This document shows, in pieces, positions 14,222 to 27,495 of a DNA stretch of 64,000 bases (positions are counted from its first letter, which is position 1; the number at the start of each line of letters is the position of its first letter). A program made the position numbers and the translations under genes. The notes beneath the pieces were generated by a model. The model saw only the letters and a list, made by a program, of their open reading frames with translations. It had not been told where the DNA came from and ran no database searches. The stretch lies in the NCBI GenBank assembly GCA_965235115.1, contig OZ249436.1, forward strand, positions 6,696,001 to 6,760,000, written 5' to 3'. The stretch is from Laetmonice hystrix. Taxonomy: Eukaryota.

Positions 14222-14345
14222 CGGGGATCCGGGGGTGGGGGATCCGGGGAAAGGTTGGGGAAACGGGGGAAGGTTGGGGGAGACGGGGGAAGGTTGGGGG
14301 ATCCGGGGGAAGGTTGGGGAGACGGGGGAAGGGTTGGGGGAAGGG
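14222..14345 (+). repeat. G-rich degenerate ~20-bp repeat
   Basis: GGGGGAAGGTTGGGGGAGAC-like units; more than 12 runs of 4-5 G. Confidence 0.9.
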
Positions 14346-14867
14346 GACAGTAGGAACAGGGAGCGACCGCCTGCCTCAAGCTCGCCTTGCAGGCTCACCG
14401 ACATTCACACAACCGGACCTAATTGAGTTTGGGTAAGCCTGGGTCCCAGGAGTCCACCCTGATTGAATATGAACTTCCCTTTTATGTTGGTGAAAGCAGA
14501 GGCCAAGACTGGGGCAATCTGAGAGACCTTAGAGCGAGACCTGTTCGGGTGGCGATGACTGGGGATGGTGTCGGGAATTAGCTTTCCAGTGTGCAGAAGG
14601 CGGCGTGTACGGGAGATCTCTAAATGCTTCCCTTGCTCCATGCCAATACTACTAGAGGAGCGAGGCCAACAGTTGCTCAGCTGACGGGGATCAGACCAAA
14701 CCAACAGCTGACAACTGCTCAGGCTAATCCGCCTTGGCTTTATATCTACCCAACCATTTGAGTACCGCCTTCAACTAGGTCAAGCAACCATGGACGAGGG
14801 TGGGTTTATCGTGGCCTTTGACGGAAAACGTAATCTGGTGCAGCTCCCCATGAAATAAATAATCACG

Positions 14868-15254
14868 AAACTGAGCATTGCACCAAACCTCCGCCTGATC
14901 CTGTGTGAGAATATCAAACTGAGCATTGCACCAAACCTCCGCCTGATCCTGTGTGAGAATATCAAACTGAGCATTGCACCAAACCTCCGCCTGATCCTGT
15001 GTGAGAATATCAAACTGAGCATTGCACCAAACCTCCGCCTTATCCTGTGTGAGAATATCAAACTGAGCATTGCACCAAACCTCCGCCTTATCCTGTGTGA
15101 GAATATCAAACTGAGCATTGCACCAAACCTCCGCCTGATCCTGTGTGAGAATATCAAACTGAGCATTGCACCAAACCTCCGCCTTATCCTGTGTGAGAAT
15201 ATCAAACTAAGCATTGCACCAAAGCTCCGCCTGATCTTGTATGAGAATATCAAA
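14868..15254. repeat. Minisatellite, 48-bp unit x 8
   Basis: Unit AAACTGAGCATTGCACCAAACCTCCGCCTGATCCTGTGTGAGAATATC; explains the repetitive ORF 14780-15274. Confidence 0.98.
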
Positions 15255-16834
15255 AGAACTCTACAGGTAGCCATTCTTTGTGGAAGGGACGGGGAGGCTA
15301 TCAGACTAGAATTAGATCAACCACGAAGCCAGGATGGATGGACAGACCAATAGGCTGCCTCTTGGCACAAGCGTCCCTGTTGAGTCGACTTGCCTTTGAG
15401 GATTCCGAATTAGGAATTGGTCCCTCGTGGCCCGGCGTCAGGTCAGTACCACAGAGCCATTTATTTTGTCGAACCTCCTTTTCCTCGCGCCGCACCGCAT
15501 TCTCTGAGGTCAAGGGGAGAGCTCGTAAACGTGAGACACCACAAATGAATAATCGAGAGACTTTCAGCTCAGAAAATGTCGGCTTTTAACCTCAATCAAA
15601 GAATCATTTGCCGTTATTTTACACAATGCTTATCAAAGTCACATTAGTGCTGTGGGTAGCAGGTCCATTTTCTTGGTAAGCATTGATGTATGAGCGTGTT
15701 CACAACAGCTGAAGTCAAGGTAAACGGCTGAGCCATGGAGGCCGTATATAATCTGCCTCGGTGACTGCTATTGACATGGAATGAAAAGTAGTTGAGGGGA
15801 AAAGACATCCAACAACTCGGACAGTTTATTTATTTTGTCCACGTGAGCTACCGCAGCCAGTTCATTTTATCTGACCACGTGGTGGTGGGTGGTAGGAGTC
15901 TGGTGGCAGGCCAGGGTCGGCCAGTCCTTGGTTCTCGCTGACCCACTTCTTCCGCTCAAGGTTGTCTCTGAGATGCCAGCGGATGTAAGCGAGTCGTCTA
16001 TGTATGTAGACGTCCTACCCATGCTTTAGCTCCTTGTTTCCGTGCTGCCAAATACTCTCTCAGTGGGTGGAGACCGACCCCTTACACGTATTTAACTGCC
16101 CGGACCCAACCCCTGCAGCATCCCGCAATGTGCGGGGCCAGCAGGCAGACAGACGCCCAGCTGACCAGGGGATGAGAGGTCGCCACTCCTAGTGTTGTAA
16201 TTACCAGAGTCAGCAATGGGGAGGGATAGCAATCTACAAATATATGACTTTCTCTAGGAAATGGTGTGGATGGTGTGGTGTCACGTCGGGTAGAGTGAGG
16301 TGGAGCGCGAACACTTGATTGAGGGGCCTCCGGTTCAAAGGGCACTCGGAGGGCCACGGAGGCACCACTCTGTGAAACGGTGGTGAAATCATACCCTGAG
16401 CACCTGTGGCTTCTCCACCAAACGGCGCCAGATTGATGCAACAGGACTTCAGGTATGCAGAATGGATAAGTTCCCATTGTGCCAAACCAATTCTATTTCC
16501 CCGCAGAGTATGTAAACCAAGTCTTACTTTTTACGTTGCGGCTTCTGGCATGGTGCAATTCTGTCTAGGAAATGCCGCGAGGTCTTGGGGCGGACTCATG
16601 ACTTCTCCACACATGTGGCTCGGACGTGTAGCCTTTGAGGCACCATGAAGACTACTTTCATCTCCTAACGCCCTACATACAGCACTTATGTAAGACTAGT
16701 TCCCGGGGAACAGTTCAATGGCGATAACTCCCCTTGGACCGCTGGGAAGTCGACCCAGTAACGTATCCCTGGCAAAACAAGGACTTTCTGTGTGATCTCC
16801 TCATTGTCAATCATGAGGTCTCGTTTGTTACACC

Positions 16835-17225
16835 AAGTCTAACAGCCCGAGCTCCATATCCTTACAACCAGTGTAAGAATCTCCAAGATCTGGGCGTTAT
16901 CATCTCGCATATGGTCGACCTATATATTTTTCCTTCTAGTAATATGAGAAGCCCACGTGTAACTAACGTCGCATCGTGCTTTGGGTTTATATTATAAATG
17001 TTTTATTTAACTTTCTCGCTCTTTTTTTAGCAAATGATATAAACCTCTGTGTCAACGTAGAAGGTGATTTATGGAGGTTCACCTCATCATGACCAGCAGA
17101 TCTCTGAAGGTGCCAATCCCTGAACTCACCAGTCAGTATTCGACCCACAGTGAGCCACGGTGTTACCCGGTTTACTCCATGGTGAACCCACAGCGGAGTC
17201 CCTCGGTGAGATGAGACTTGGTTAC
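16835..17225 (+). mobile_element. Decayed CR1-like LINE RT C-terminal relic
   Basis: LQPV*ES(+1 nt)QDLGVIIS ~ LEEVTEEKDLGVIIS (DLGVIIS at 16887-16907); later GFI, LKV.IPEL (17116-17127) and R*DLV ~ RGDLI, in the expected order. Confidence 0.5.
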
Positions 17226-20200
17226 ACTGGTCGGAGGGAGGTATGTCGAGATCATCCATTGGAACAGTGGCGCAGTGGGACTCTCAGCGGATATGTCGGT
17301 TACAAAACGGCTCAGTCCATGCACGTGTCCACCAAATGTGAACGTGATCACTGCTAAAATTGCAGTCAGTGAATCCTTTAGGAACGATATAGTTTCGCAT
17401 CGTGGAAAAAAATGAAGATCCCTACAACGCTATGCGTGAAATTCATAATAAGTAATACCTTTTTCTCCCGATCATTTCTTAAGGTCTAAAGATCATGTGT
17501 ATCGGCTGAAGAAGTTTAGCTTTGGTCATTTTATGTTGTGGAAGAAAAATATATAAAAGGCGTTTTTATATGATCCCTTAATGTGGCCATTAGACACTGC
17601 ATGGATCAGCAGGTGGCATCATCAGACCGAAGCCCCTTCCATGTCACGTGACGGGAAGCTTGTCAAATGGCGGTCATTTGGAACTCTAGAGGTCTATATC
17701 AAATGGCAGGTCGAGTTCATTGACAGGGGCGGCTGTCAACGGGTGGTCACCAGGCCCCCTTGGCTCGTTTACCGACTTGTAAGAAGCCAACCATTCAGCG
17801 CATGTCCCTGTTCGAGTACTTTGTAATAATTCATTGCGCAACCTGACACGGCCCCTTTTGTTAGCTAAACTGAGGTATACCACTGTGGGCGAAACGTGTA
17901 AACCATAAAATTCTCTGTACTACTGTTACTGGTCGTTATATCGGTGTCTTTGTCCCGACGTTTTCTACTGGTACGACGATATCAGTGGAGTTTCTTCTAT
18001 GTATTTGGTGTTCTCCTTATCTCGTATTGATGGCACATTAATAAGGAGAACCCACATAACTTATGCTAACTATAACTAAACGTTTTCGTATTCAGGGTAG
18101 GGTTTGAACACCCCCTCACCCCCCCCCCCCCCATCTTCACGCCTGCCCGACACAACTGGCGTTACTAATTAAAGCCAACTTTTAGCCGACAGCCACAGGA
18201 GGGCTAGTCGACATTTTTACATAGCAGACGAGATTAGAATGCCAGCGTTGCGCTACAATCGCTGTGCGCCAACTGTAATTTTCAAAGAAGACGAAAATAT
18301 TTCGTAGTAGACCGCCTCCTTTTTGGTACGTCAAGACGGTGACGGGCAATAGGGGGTAACTTATCTAGTTAACGCTTAACGTTAACCTGTTCTTTCAACA
18401 CGAGAACTTTGTGAAATAACTGTAACATAGAAGCTCAGACCAACGAGTATAGAATAAATATATTCTATACTTGTTTCTGAGACTGACAGTCTGACTCATG
18501 TGCAGATTCACAGCCCTGGACCATAAACAGCAGTTGGGTTGCTCTCACTGAGGTAGCAAGATGGCCACTGGCTTGGCATAATCTAGGGCAGTGAGGTGAC
18601 CTTTTACATCGCTTCATAAATTTGACACGAGTCTTGTGGGAGCTGTTCGCTTGGCGCTTGGCGAGGTGAGAGAGTGAAGGACATTGCCTCCGCCCCTGTC
18701 CGTGGCTGTCACACGAGAAGGTATCGTCTTGCAATTTGTAGTCTAGGCCGAGTGCTACAACTCAGTTAAATGAATTGTACACATTGAGTATAACCTCAAA
18801 CCCAAACCGACGGAACATTATCATAATGTACGTGTTCTGTATATCAGAGAGACATCTGCCTCGGGCAGCAAGCTGCCTTTGGTCGGTTCCCAAAAAGATG
18901 CCACAGCAGCTATTTCATGGTTTATGTTTGGATTGAATTTGATCAAGAAAGTTGGTGTACTCCTTTAAAAAAAACCCGAAACATTCTTTATATCCTTTAT
19001 ATGGTTCCATGCGCACAAGTCACAAGTGGTATACGGATGTCAGAACGGTGTGTTCAGCATCTAACAAAACGTTCCACTCTGGGAGGCCACTGACCCGTTT
19101 TCAAAACCTTTCCTATTCAGCCAAGGAGAGATAACGGGGAAGTGGACTTTTATTTCCAGGTACAAGAAGACAGAATCTTTAAATAAGATCTCCAAGTGTG
19201 GAGGCTGTGAGCAGAGATAGAGCCACAACAAAGTGGGTGTCCCCCCTTCACTTGTCACTTGTCATTATTATCTGGACACAATCTGACATCCTTTTTCTTG
19301 ATGTCTTAGGGGTCCGCTTAATCAGATCATTTTAAAAATATAACCCCCCCCCCCCCCCCCCCACAGAGGCATGGCAACGACTGGCCCCCACACCAGGGAC
19401 AATCTATGGGAGTCACTTTATCTCCCCAAGTGGATACTTCTCAAAGCGTTGAATTATATATATAAAAAAATCAATTCAATTTAGTTGTTATTTAAATAAC
19501 CCTACCGTTCGGTTATCATCACTTGAAGAGTGTTTCTTAACCTTAGAGGACAAAAGAAAAAGACCAGCAAGTATTTTGAAATTATGTTGATTGATAATGC
19601 CCAGTTTGGCGACGGCCCCATGAGTGTATACATGAGTTTGCGCTTTAAGAAGGACTCTCACATATACGCGGCACACCCCATACATATACTTGGGTTGTTG
19701 TAGAAACGGTGGGGCGGAGACAATGAGGTGCTGTCGTCACGCGTTGTTTGAATGCAACAGCTGGTGTGGTTGCCCAGTGGGCCCGGGAGATGGGGACGGC
19801 ACCCCGTCGGTAGTACATCATTGACAGACCGCTCACCCATGGGGTGCACGGACGTGGGCAGCCTAGACAGACAGCAGGTCACGCGCGCCCGGCCGCTCGG
19901 GACCGATCCCCCACAAAGTCCACCTAAACTCTGAAGGATTGTTGGAACAATGCTAAAAGTATGTGCGTATTTTAGCGCGACGAATTCTGTTCAAGGTGTA
20001 CGTACTTTAAGCGAGGTCAACCTGGAAAATGGACAGAGAACCAACATATGTAAGAGTTCCTTAGGCTCATAGTCGAGGAAAACAGAAAGCTATTACCTTC
20101 AGTGGAATACCTTATGTGTCCTGATATTATAGGATGTATACTGCGAAACTAGTTTATCCATTTCTAACACAAATATACATAACGGGATTTAACCGGTGGA

Positions 20201-20369
20201 AGTTTTCATGGCGCATCTATACTTTGACAGACTACCTCAGTGGTCACACGACAGGTGATGTTGGTGAAAGAGCTACTTAGAGTGACACTCTATTCCGGAC
20301 TCGCTTAGGGGAAGACGACCCAGGGGGTCAGCTGAGATTGCAGGGAACTTTATCTTCAAAACGTGTTGC

Positions 20370-20700
20370 GACCTTGTCAAACGCCTTTTGGTCTGTCTGT
20401 CCCAGTTTTGGAATTGCATGCCTTTAACATTGAGCAGGTCACCTGTAAACTGACCTCAGTGGATTCCATCGATATTCCGTGCATCCATTGTTCGTTACCG
20501 GGTGTCCTACACAAGGTTAGACCACGAACACTACCGTTATTCATGCCATTTCCTTCCTTACATCTGTGGAGAAGTGGAAACAGAGGACTGTCCTGTGATT
20601 AAAAGGGGATCTGTAGTAGGCCAACTGAAATACAGAGCGTGTCAAGTGCCACTGCCGCTCGGAGGCTTTGCCTGAACAAAGCAGGGGGTGACTTGGGGAT
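20370..20700 (-). mobile_element. Decayed LINE RT N-terminal relic
   Basis: HPLLCSGKASE ~ TPIFKKGDKSD; YRsPFNHRTVLCFHFSTDVR ~ YRPISLTSVLCKVLESIVR; HG...STEVSL ~ HG...STETQL; DQKAFDKV (20370-20393) ~ DFQKAFDKV. Confidence 0.55.
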
Positions 20701-22821
20701 ATTTTAGGTAATTTGGAGGTCTTTTTCATAAAAGATGTAAACGAAGGAAGGCTAAATACGGTGGTGGTGTTGGCAGAGCTGGGCCGTAGGTAACGTGGCC
20801 ACTGACAGTAGAGGAGGGCTCTATGTGAGGTCGTGGGACATTCCGAACTAGGTTGACAGAGTTCGTTCTTCTCCTTGTCAGGTACACACAACCTAGTGTG
20901 AGGCTATTGCTTCAGGCTTCACAAGTTATCGTGAATGTTTCGGTTGTAAAGGTTGATGACACCTCGATACACTCCCACGACAATATCGAGTAGGCCTATT
21001 CAAGAAGTCGTAACCAAGAAACTCGAACCCTAAATTCGAAAATGCAGATTACTTGAGCACCAAGCCGAGATCCCTTCATTCATTACAATTGTTGCCTTGT
21101 CATCTTCACTGACTCATTACCCCCGTTTCTCTTTCTTTTTCCTTGCCCTCCGTTATCCTCTATATCCTCCCCAATTCCCTCTCCTTCTTTACAATAATCT
21201 GTATGTTGATAGATATCCATGTTTTGATACCCAACATTTATGATCTAGATAAGCCACAACCAAAGACGAGTCCTAAAGCGGGGCTTCTGTGTATACAGGG
21301 CCATCTTGATAGGACCGTGCACTGTTGAGTGTACGTCAAATAGCCACCGCCAACTGCTGCACTGCTTTCACCGTTTGAAGAAGTTCACAAGTGAAGAAGT
21401 TAAGCTCCATACAAAGCTGGGACACAAAAGGCTCCTTGAGCTCACAACTAGGTCATGTTTGGCGGGCTCAGGCGGTCACCCTCCGTATTGACTCGGGCTT
21501 GCGCTGCCGACACGTCTTCAAAAACCAACAACATAGAATTTATGAAGCGAGTCAAAGAGCGAGTTCTTTCAGGTAAAGAGGCAAGACACTTCACATTCGT
21601 ACCTCCTGACTTCCGCGCTATCTACTTGTCAATTGGCGTTCACCGTCGGCACAACACAAGGTTGTCGACATGCATTATGAGGCCATAGCTGCCGAGAACT
21701 TTAAGATGGGCAAAGAGACTAGACAGGCCTGTCTAGTCTCCGTGACTTGGGACGAGTCTCCCTCCAGTTTCCATATCCTCGCCTTTTCCCGGCATGATGG
21801 TCTGGTGTTGGAAAGGAAAACGACTGAGTTGCGGTTGGCATTAGGTTCTGTAAACCCATGTTGAGTTCAAACCGAGCACGATAACGATCTGAGTTATAGC
21901 AAGTATGCTGTAGGATGTCGTTTCTTACGTCGACGATGTTGTATGGGGCGCTTTCTTGTGCTCCCCAAGACACCGTGTTATTTCATAGTCAGCTATGTCG
22001 TAAGGAATAACTGAAAGAAAACAAGGTGGGCACCACATTAAATTATCGCAAGCAGTAAACTTCGCACAATTATATATGTGCATATTTTCTACTAGAATGT
22101 TTTCAGTGCATAATATCTGAACATGGTACCTAGTCTACTCACATAACCCCATTCAGACTGGCGTATTCAGACCTAAGCAATAAGTGGACTACCTGACGTG
22201 CACCTCCAGATTATAGGTGTGTCAATGTGATAGCTAACCTTGTAGACGGTCAGACATGATCGATTGCCTATAATCTGCGAGGCGGGCGAGCAAGATGATG
22301 TTGTGAAGGAGATAGTGTCAGAATGAGGAATAGCTGTATACTCGTATATAATTATGATCAATGGTATAAGTGATCAGCAGGCAGCCAAGAGGACGGAGTT
22401 GTCAGCTGTTGTGTACCTCAGCAATATGTTTGTGTATTCAGCGCGTGGTATTTTACAAACACTGGAGAATCAAGGTCAGATAACTTTAACAACTTGATTC
22501 ACACGACCACATTAATGCGAACAACTTTATTCACACGACCACATTAATGCGGAGAATGTCATGCCTATGGTGGAAAAGGAAGCCTTAGGAAATACACTGG
22601 CTGGGCATTAAGTGTCTTTCTATTAGTTTGATTCGCACCCCGTCCTGATTTCCTGAAAGCGTTACCCAAAGGAAATATTTGTCATATACATTGTATTCTG
22701 TAATGACAATGTCCTCTGTTGGAGCTTTATCATGAGATGCTGTTACAGTTTTGATGAATATGAATAGAGTGTAACTGGGAGGGAAAATGACGCACATCCA
22801 TGGAACAACAGCATATCTGTC

Positions 22822-23019
22822 CACTCTGACACCGGTCAGAATACCAAGGATGTAGGTTTGTGGTCTCGAAACGGTCCTTGATATCACTCTGACAGTGCGG
22901 TCAGAGCACCAAGGATGTAGGTTTGTGGTCCCGAAACGGTCCTTGATATCACTCTGACAGTGCGGTCAGAGCACCAAGGATGTAGATTTGTGGTCTCGAA
23001 ACGGTCCTTGATATCACTC
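22822..23019. repeat. 65-bp tandem repeat x 3
   Basis: CACTCTGACAGTGCGGTCAGAGCACCAAGGATGTAGGTTTGTGGTCCCGAAACGGTCCTTGATAT. Confidence 0.95.
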
Positions 23020-23089
23020 GTGTCCGTATGGACCGGCGTTCAATCACCACAGTACCACTTCCTGAGTCATCAGATTGCAATCTGGCAGC

Positions 23090-23385
23090 TGGTCGGACGT
23101 TGAAATCACCAATTAGTGGACTTAGAGTATTACGCCATTATACTAAGCACCCTAAGCTCTGCTGTCTCCCACCGTCCAAGGCCGTTCGGCAACATGTCCA
23201 GTGTCCAAGTACACGTACCAAACAATGGGACTTTAAATTCATACACGGCAGGGCGCACCGACAAAAGGGAGAAAGTAATTTCTTTCAAAATGTCGTCTGG
23301 GACGTCGGTCGCTGTCCGCCGTGTATCACAAGGGGCAATAGATGTAACCGTTTGTTCTCGTTGACGTCGCGTCTCATGGATCTGT
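23090..23385 (+). mobile_element. Decayed LINE RT relic
   Basis: CCLPPSKAV ~ VYLDFSKAF; TDKREKVISFKMSSGTSVAVRRVSQG has the spacing of TDRKQRVVINGTSSDWRPVTSGVPQG; then LFSL....DL. Confidence 0.55.
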
Positions 23386-23811
23386 CTGGCCAGCGTTAGA
23401 TTTATCATTGGTTCCTATATCTGTCACAAACGTAATAGAATTGGTGTAATTTGTCGTCGGGTGAATAGGAAACATTCCATGGAAACCGTCTGGGCTCGGA
23501 GCTGGCGTCTGGGCGACCTTGGCTATGTCATTACACCCCATTCAGACACGGACGTTACTATGCTGAATAGGTTTGTTTCTATGCACACTAGTGTGAATCG
23601 CAGCCCTTGTTTGAAACGAAGGAGGAAAAAGATGAGCTTAAACTGACAGTCCGTCCACTTTAAATGCATGGCATATAGCGACTAATTATTGGGGACCGGC
23701 CCTCCGACTACTTTAGAAACAGACGAGGGTTTAATAGGGTTCTCTTCATTGACCTTGAAGTGCTATTTTTGGTAGCGTATGTAACAAGAAACTCTAGTGT
23801 CTGTGTATCTC

Positions 23812-23912
23812 GTTACCAGGACCGGTGTATGGGTCAGTAGACGAGCCGGGGTTGTCTCATCGTTACCAGGACCGGTGTATGGGTCGGTAGATGAGCCGTG
23901 GGGTGTCTCATC
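23812..23912. repeat. ~51-bp direct duplication
   Basis: CGTTACCAGGACCGGTGTATGGGTC(A/G)GTAGA...GTCTCATCG present twice. Confidence 0.85.
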
Positions 23913-24269
23913 GCCAGTGTAATATGCAAATGAACACAACTAAGCGTGGCACAAGCTCCTGAGGGCATCTCTTTTAACTACCATCATAGTGTCAATATTT
24001 TATAGAAACATCATGTTACATAATTTATGTACACATGAGAGCCAAGGGCCCTATCTATTTGGCCGTCAGGTATCGTTTAGATATTGTCACTGGTTATACA
24101 CCACATGGTACAGCAGTTCTCATATCTGTTGTAAAAATCTTTAGACCGACTTCGTCATGGAAAGTGTAATTTTTGAAGTCTCAAGACTGACTTTATGAAC
24201 ACTGGTTCACAGTAGAAAATACATAAACTAACATGTGGTCAAAGTTGGAGGCGCTCAGCCAATCCTGGC

Positions 24270-24398
24270 GGGCATAGACGGCTTTTAGTTTTTGTGTTTT
24301 GTGGCGTCAAGATCTTCACAAGTCCAACCACGGGTGGGGCATAGACGGTTTTTAGTTTTTGTGTTTTGTGGTGTCAAGATCTTCACAAGTCCGACCAC
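24270..24398. repeat. ~67-bp direct duplication
   Basis: GGGCATAGACGG(C/T)TTTTAGTTTTTGTGTTTTGTGG(C/T)GTCAAGATCTTCACAAGTCC present twice. Confidence 0.9.
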
Positions 24399-25216
24399 CG
24401 GCGGTGTTGCCTGTGGATAATATGTATTTGAAATTAGTTTGTCCTTAGTAAATAGGTTGTTTTGTGAAATTGCCCCAGATAACAGCAAAACATATTCAAA
24501 CATTAAAGGAAGTTGAAAGCACATAACAACCCCACCCCTCCTCCCTCCGGCACCCATGGACAAGGATGGTTTGAATCGAGATAGGGCCGCCTATTGTTTA
24601 TGCATTGCAACATCTGAGATTGCTTTTACGCAACCCGCCAGTGTTTTTTCCATTAATAATTGATAACGAATAAAAACACTACATTACTTATCGTGCCAAA
24701 AGCAGACAACTTAAAAAGTGAGATTTAAGACCAAAATTAGATATCAATTTGCGCCGAGATAAAATTGAGAGTTTAAAAGTGGGGAGAAAAAAGGCGATGT
24801 TGTCCATGTGGCTGTAATTGTGTATTGGAGGCCGTGTTTGTCAGCGATAGCATCTCGTGGCACAGCAGACACAGCGAAACGTTCAGTCTATGTAATCGTT
24901 ACAGCATTGCTTCCGCCATGCGCCCTACATGTTACAAGTACATGCCAAGGTACTCATTGGCGTTTATGACTAAAAGTGTTTTCAAGTTTTAGGTTACCAC
25001 AATTATAATGCAATCCTAGCCAAAATTGGGCAAACACTTTGCAAGGTATTCAGACCTGGAGAAGACTTACTGGTTTTTTTCCGCGGGCCAAAGAGATAAC
25101 CCGGAACCGTTTGTCTTTTTTAAAATCTGTAAGGAATGTGAGCTCGAGTATCTCTTTCACCCAGCTTTATTTCTGACAAGGGTGTCTTGCTTCCTCTGTA
25201 TGAAGTTGACCTTGTA

Positions 25217-25410
25217 TAATCTAAGGTATACATAATGTAGACCGGTAGCTGTGAGCCAGCACTGTCCGTACACATTCCAGGCCTGGATTGTATCCTGGAA
25301 GAAGTGGATGTGGTCTTATGACAGGGTGGTAATATAGAGGGCAACCAGAGATACCCTCCCCTGTGTGATAACCTTTCACTTTCATAGCCAAAGTACACCC
25401 TGGCCTTCTT
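25217..25410 (-). mobile_element. Decayed LINE ORF2 C-terminal relic
   Basis: KKARVYFGY ~ KKARLTMFY; after a frameshift FFQDTIQAWN ~ FFPRTIRDWN, followed by WN........A..L.....RL with the spacing of WNALPAEVVSAPSLEAFKARL. Confidence 0.5.
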
Positions 25411-26075
25411 ATCGCTACTGTCAGTGTTTGCAAAATGAGTAACTGCATCGCCCAGACAAGCACGAATATCCTATATTATTTTACCTATATCGTATCGGAA
25501 CACTTTGAAGTCTTAATATACAGCTAGGCGGCCTTCCCACCCGTCATACAGATATATCTGGTCGAGAAGTTGGTGTTTAATAAAAACATTGTACAAACGT
25601 CTTAACATTTGCTGGAAGTGTGAAGGCACGTTGGGGTTTGTGGACTAAAATCTTTTACATGAATGCATTCTGGTGACCAAGTGTTCCATCGAGCTAGGAA
25701 ACGAGAACTTCCTCTGGTCACATATCGTCACAAGTTCGGTGTTACTATTCCAGTACAACAACCCGTCCGCCAGTCGGTTTGACACAGTTGGCTTCGGAGA
25801 CTTTTTCTCTTCTCATTTGGAGCCTTGCTAGATCGCCTCCGGAAATATCTTCTCATGTGGAACCGATAAACAGTCCACCGACTGACTGTGGTATACACAG
25901 TTTACGAGTGAACCTTGACTACAAATTACATGGTAGTAGATAGCAGCAGGGTTGGAAATACGTACTCTGTATGAATACATTTGTTACATCCAACTGACCA
26001 AATTAGTTCTGAATCTATTAATGAACCAAGTGCCATCGAATGGCGATTGACTGTGATTGCTAACGAGGCCAGTAG

Positions 26076-26590
26076 TTCAAGAGATTGTGTGTGTCCGTGG
26101 TGAGGCCAATCTGGGTCAGTCTGGTCCCAGCTTACCACACACCTACCGAAGTTTGGTACATGAAACAAAACGTGGAGGAGGGAGCATTTGGCGAGTTACT
26201 GCGCCTTGTGTGTTTTTCCAGCTCCGTGATTTTGGAGAGCAGTAAAGTTCATCAAGCCCGCTCTAGTCTTGCCTCGGGATAGCGAGGCTCGGCTAAGAAT
26301 AGCGGCGCAGGTACTTGTCCAAATTGCTGCAAGACATGAACCAATTGGTGTCGACAGCTGAGAAAAACGACAGCATTGTCTGGCGGGTCATCCCGTCAGG
26401 CTGGCGTGATGGCCATCGCATTGAGGTCCTCGATGGACTTCTGGTTCAACTGCTACTAAATAATACAGTTATCCTAACCGCACCCGCAAGGCATACAACC
26501 CGCGCGACCCAAGCTTTCCCACCGAACGCTGTCGGGTTTCCTTGCCGTAGCCGTCTACCGTTTTTTATACGGTGTTCTTCTCCGGATATT
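26076..26590 (+). mobile_element. Decayed LINE ORF2 C-terminal relic just upstream of HS3ST exon 2
   Basis: FKRLCVSV ~ FKYLGVTI; YRSLVHETKRGGGSIW has the spacing of YKSLVRPILEYGSSIW; LESSKVHQAR ~ LEKVQRRAAR; LLQDMN ~ MLQDLN. Confidence 0.55.
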
Positions 26591-26876
26591 TAGATTTTTC
26601 TCTTGTAGTGTTTAAGTCCACTTGAGCACTGCAAGTTATTATGTATTTTGTTTACATCCAAAGTCTGCTGTGAACTTTCTTTGTCATTACAACATTTCTT
26701 TCTTGACGAGATGTAGGCCTGCACTTCTGTTTGTACTCAGACGACACGCGTTTTTTGGCCTTGTGTGCCACAATGCCTGACACGGAATTCGCCCATTGTT
26801 GTATTATCAGTCACAGAACCGTATTATCAGTCAGAGAACCTTATATTTACATATCTTTTTCCTTGGGTTGTTTCAG

Positions 26877-27495
26877 GAGTCAGATGCCTCCAACGATCGA
26901 AGGTCAGATCACCATAGAGAAGACACCGAGTTACTTCGTGACGAGGGGTGTACCTGGTCGTATCTTCAACATGTCACGGACGGCCAAACTGATCGTCGTC
27001 GTCAGGGACCCCGTCACGCGTGCAATATCCGACTACACACAGACCTCGAGCAAGAGGCCAGATGTCAAACCTTTCGAGCAAATGGCCTTCCTGGACAATT
27101 CCACTGGACTGGTGGACACTTCGTGGGGGGCCATCCGTATAGGGGTTTACGCCAAGCACCTTGAACGATGGCTTAAGTATTTCCCCTTAAGTCAAATGCA
27201 CTTTGTCAGCGGGGAGAGGTTAATATCGAACCCGGCCGGCGAGCTGGCCAAGGTACAAGACTTTCTGGGCCTTAAACGTGTGATAACGGACAAACATTTC
27301 TATTTTAACACAACAAAAGGGTTTCCCTGTCTCAAAAAGCCTGAGGGAAGCGGAAATCCCCATTGTTTGGGGAAGACAAAGGGCAGACCGCATCCCAGAG
27401 TTGATCCTAAAGTGTTGAAAAGACTGCAAGACTTCTTTAGGCCTTTCAATGCCAAGTTCTACCAAATGACGAACATGGATTTTGGCTGGCCATGA
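26877..27495 (+). CDS. HS3ST3: Heparan sulfate 3-O-sulfotransferase, last coding exon (catalytic domain)
   Basis: [10 protein letters not shown], 3'-PB motif [13 protein letters not shown] (about 27001-27036), [20 protein letters not shown]...[24 protein letters not shown], then TGA at 27493-27495. The two exons give 456 visible codons. Confidence 0.96.

Noticed and set aside
14780-15274. 164-aa ORF with 16-aa repeats
   Set aside because: Product of the 48-bp array; no independent coding evidence.
21020-21035. Reverse B-box-like ACTCGAACCC (tRNA or SINE)
   Set aside because: No A-box or cloverleaf at a suitable distance.
26731-26876. Start of the 254-aa ORF in the ORF track
   Set aside because: Intronic read-through; homology begins at the acceptor 26876/26877.
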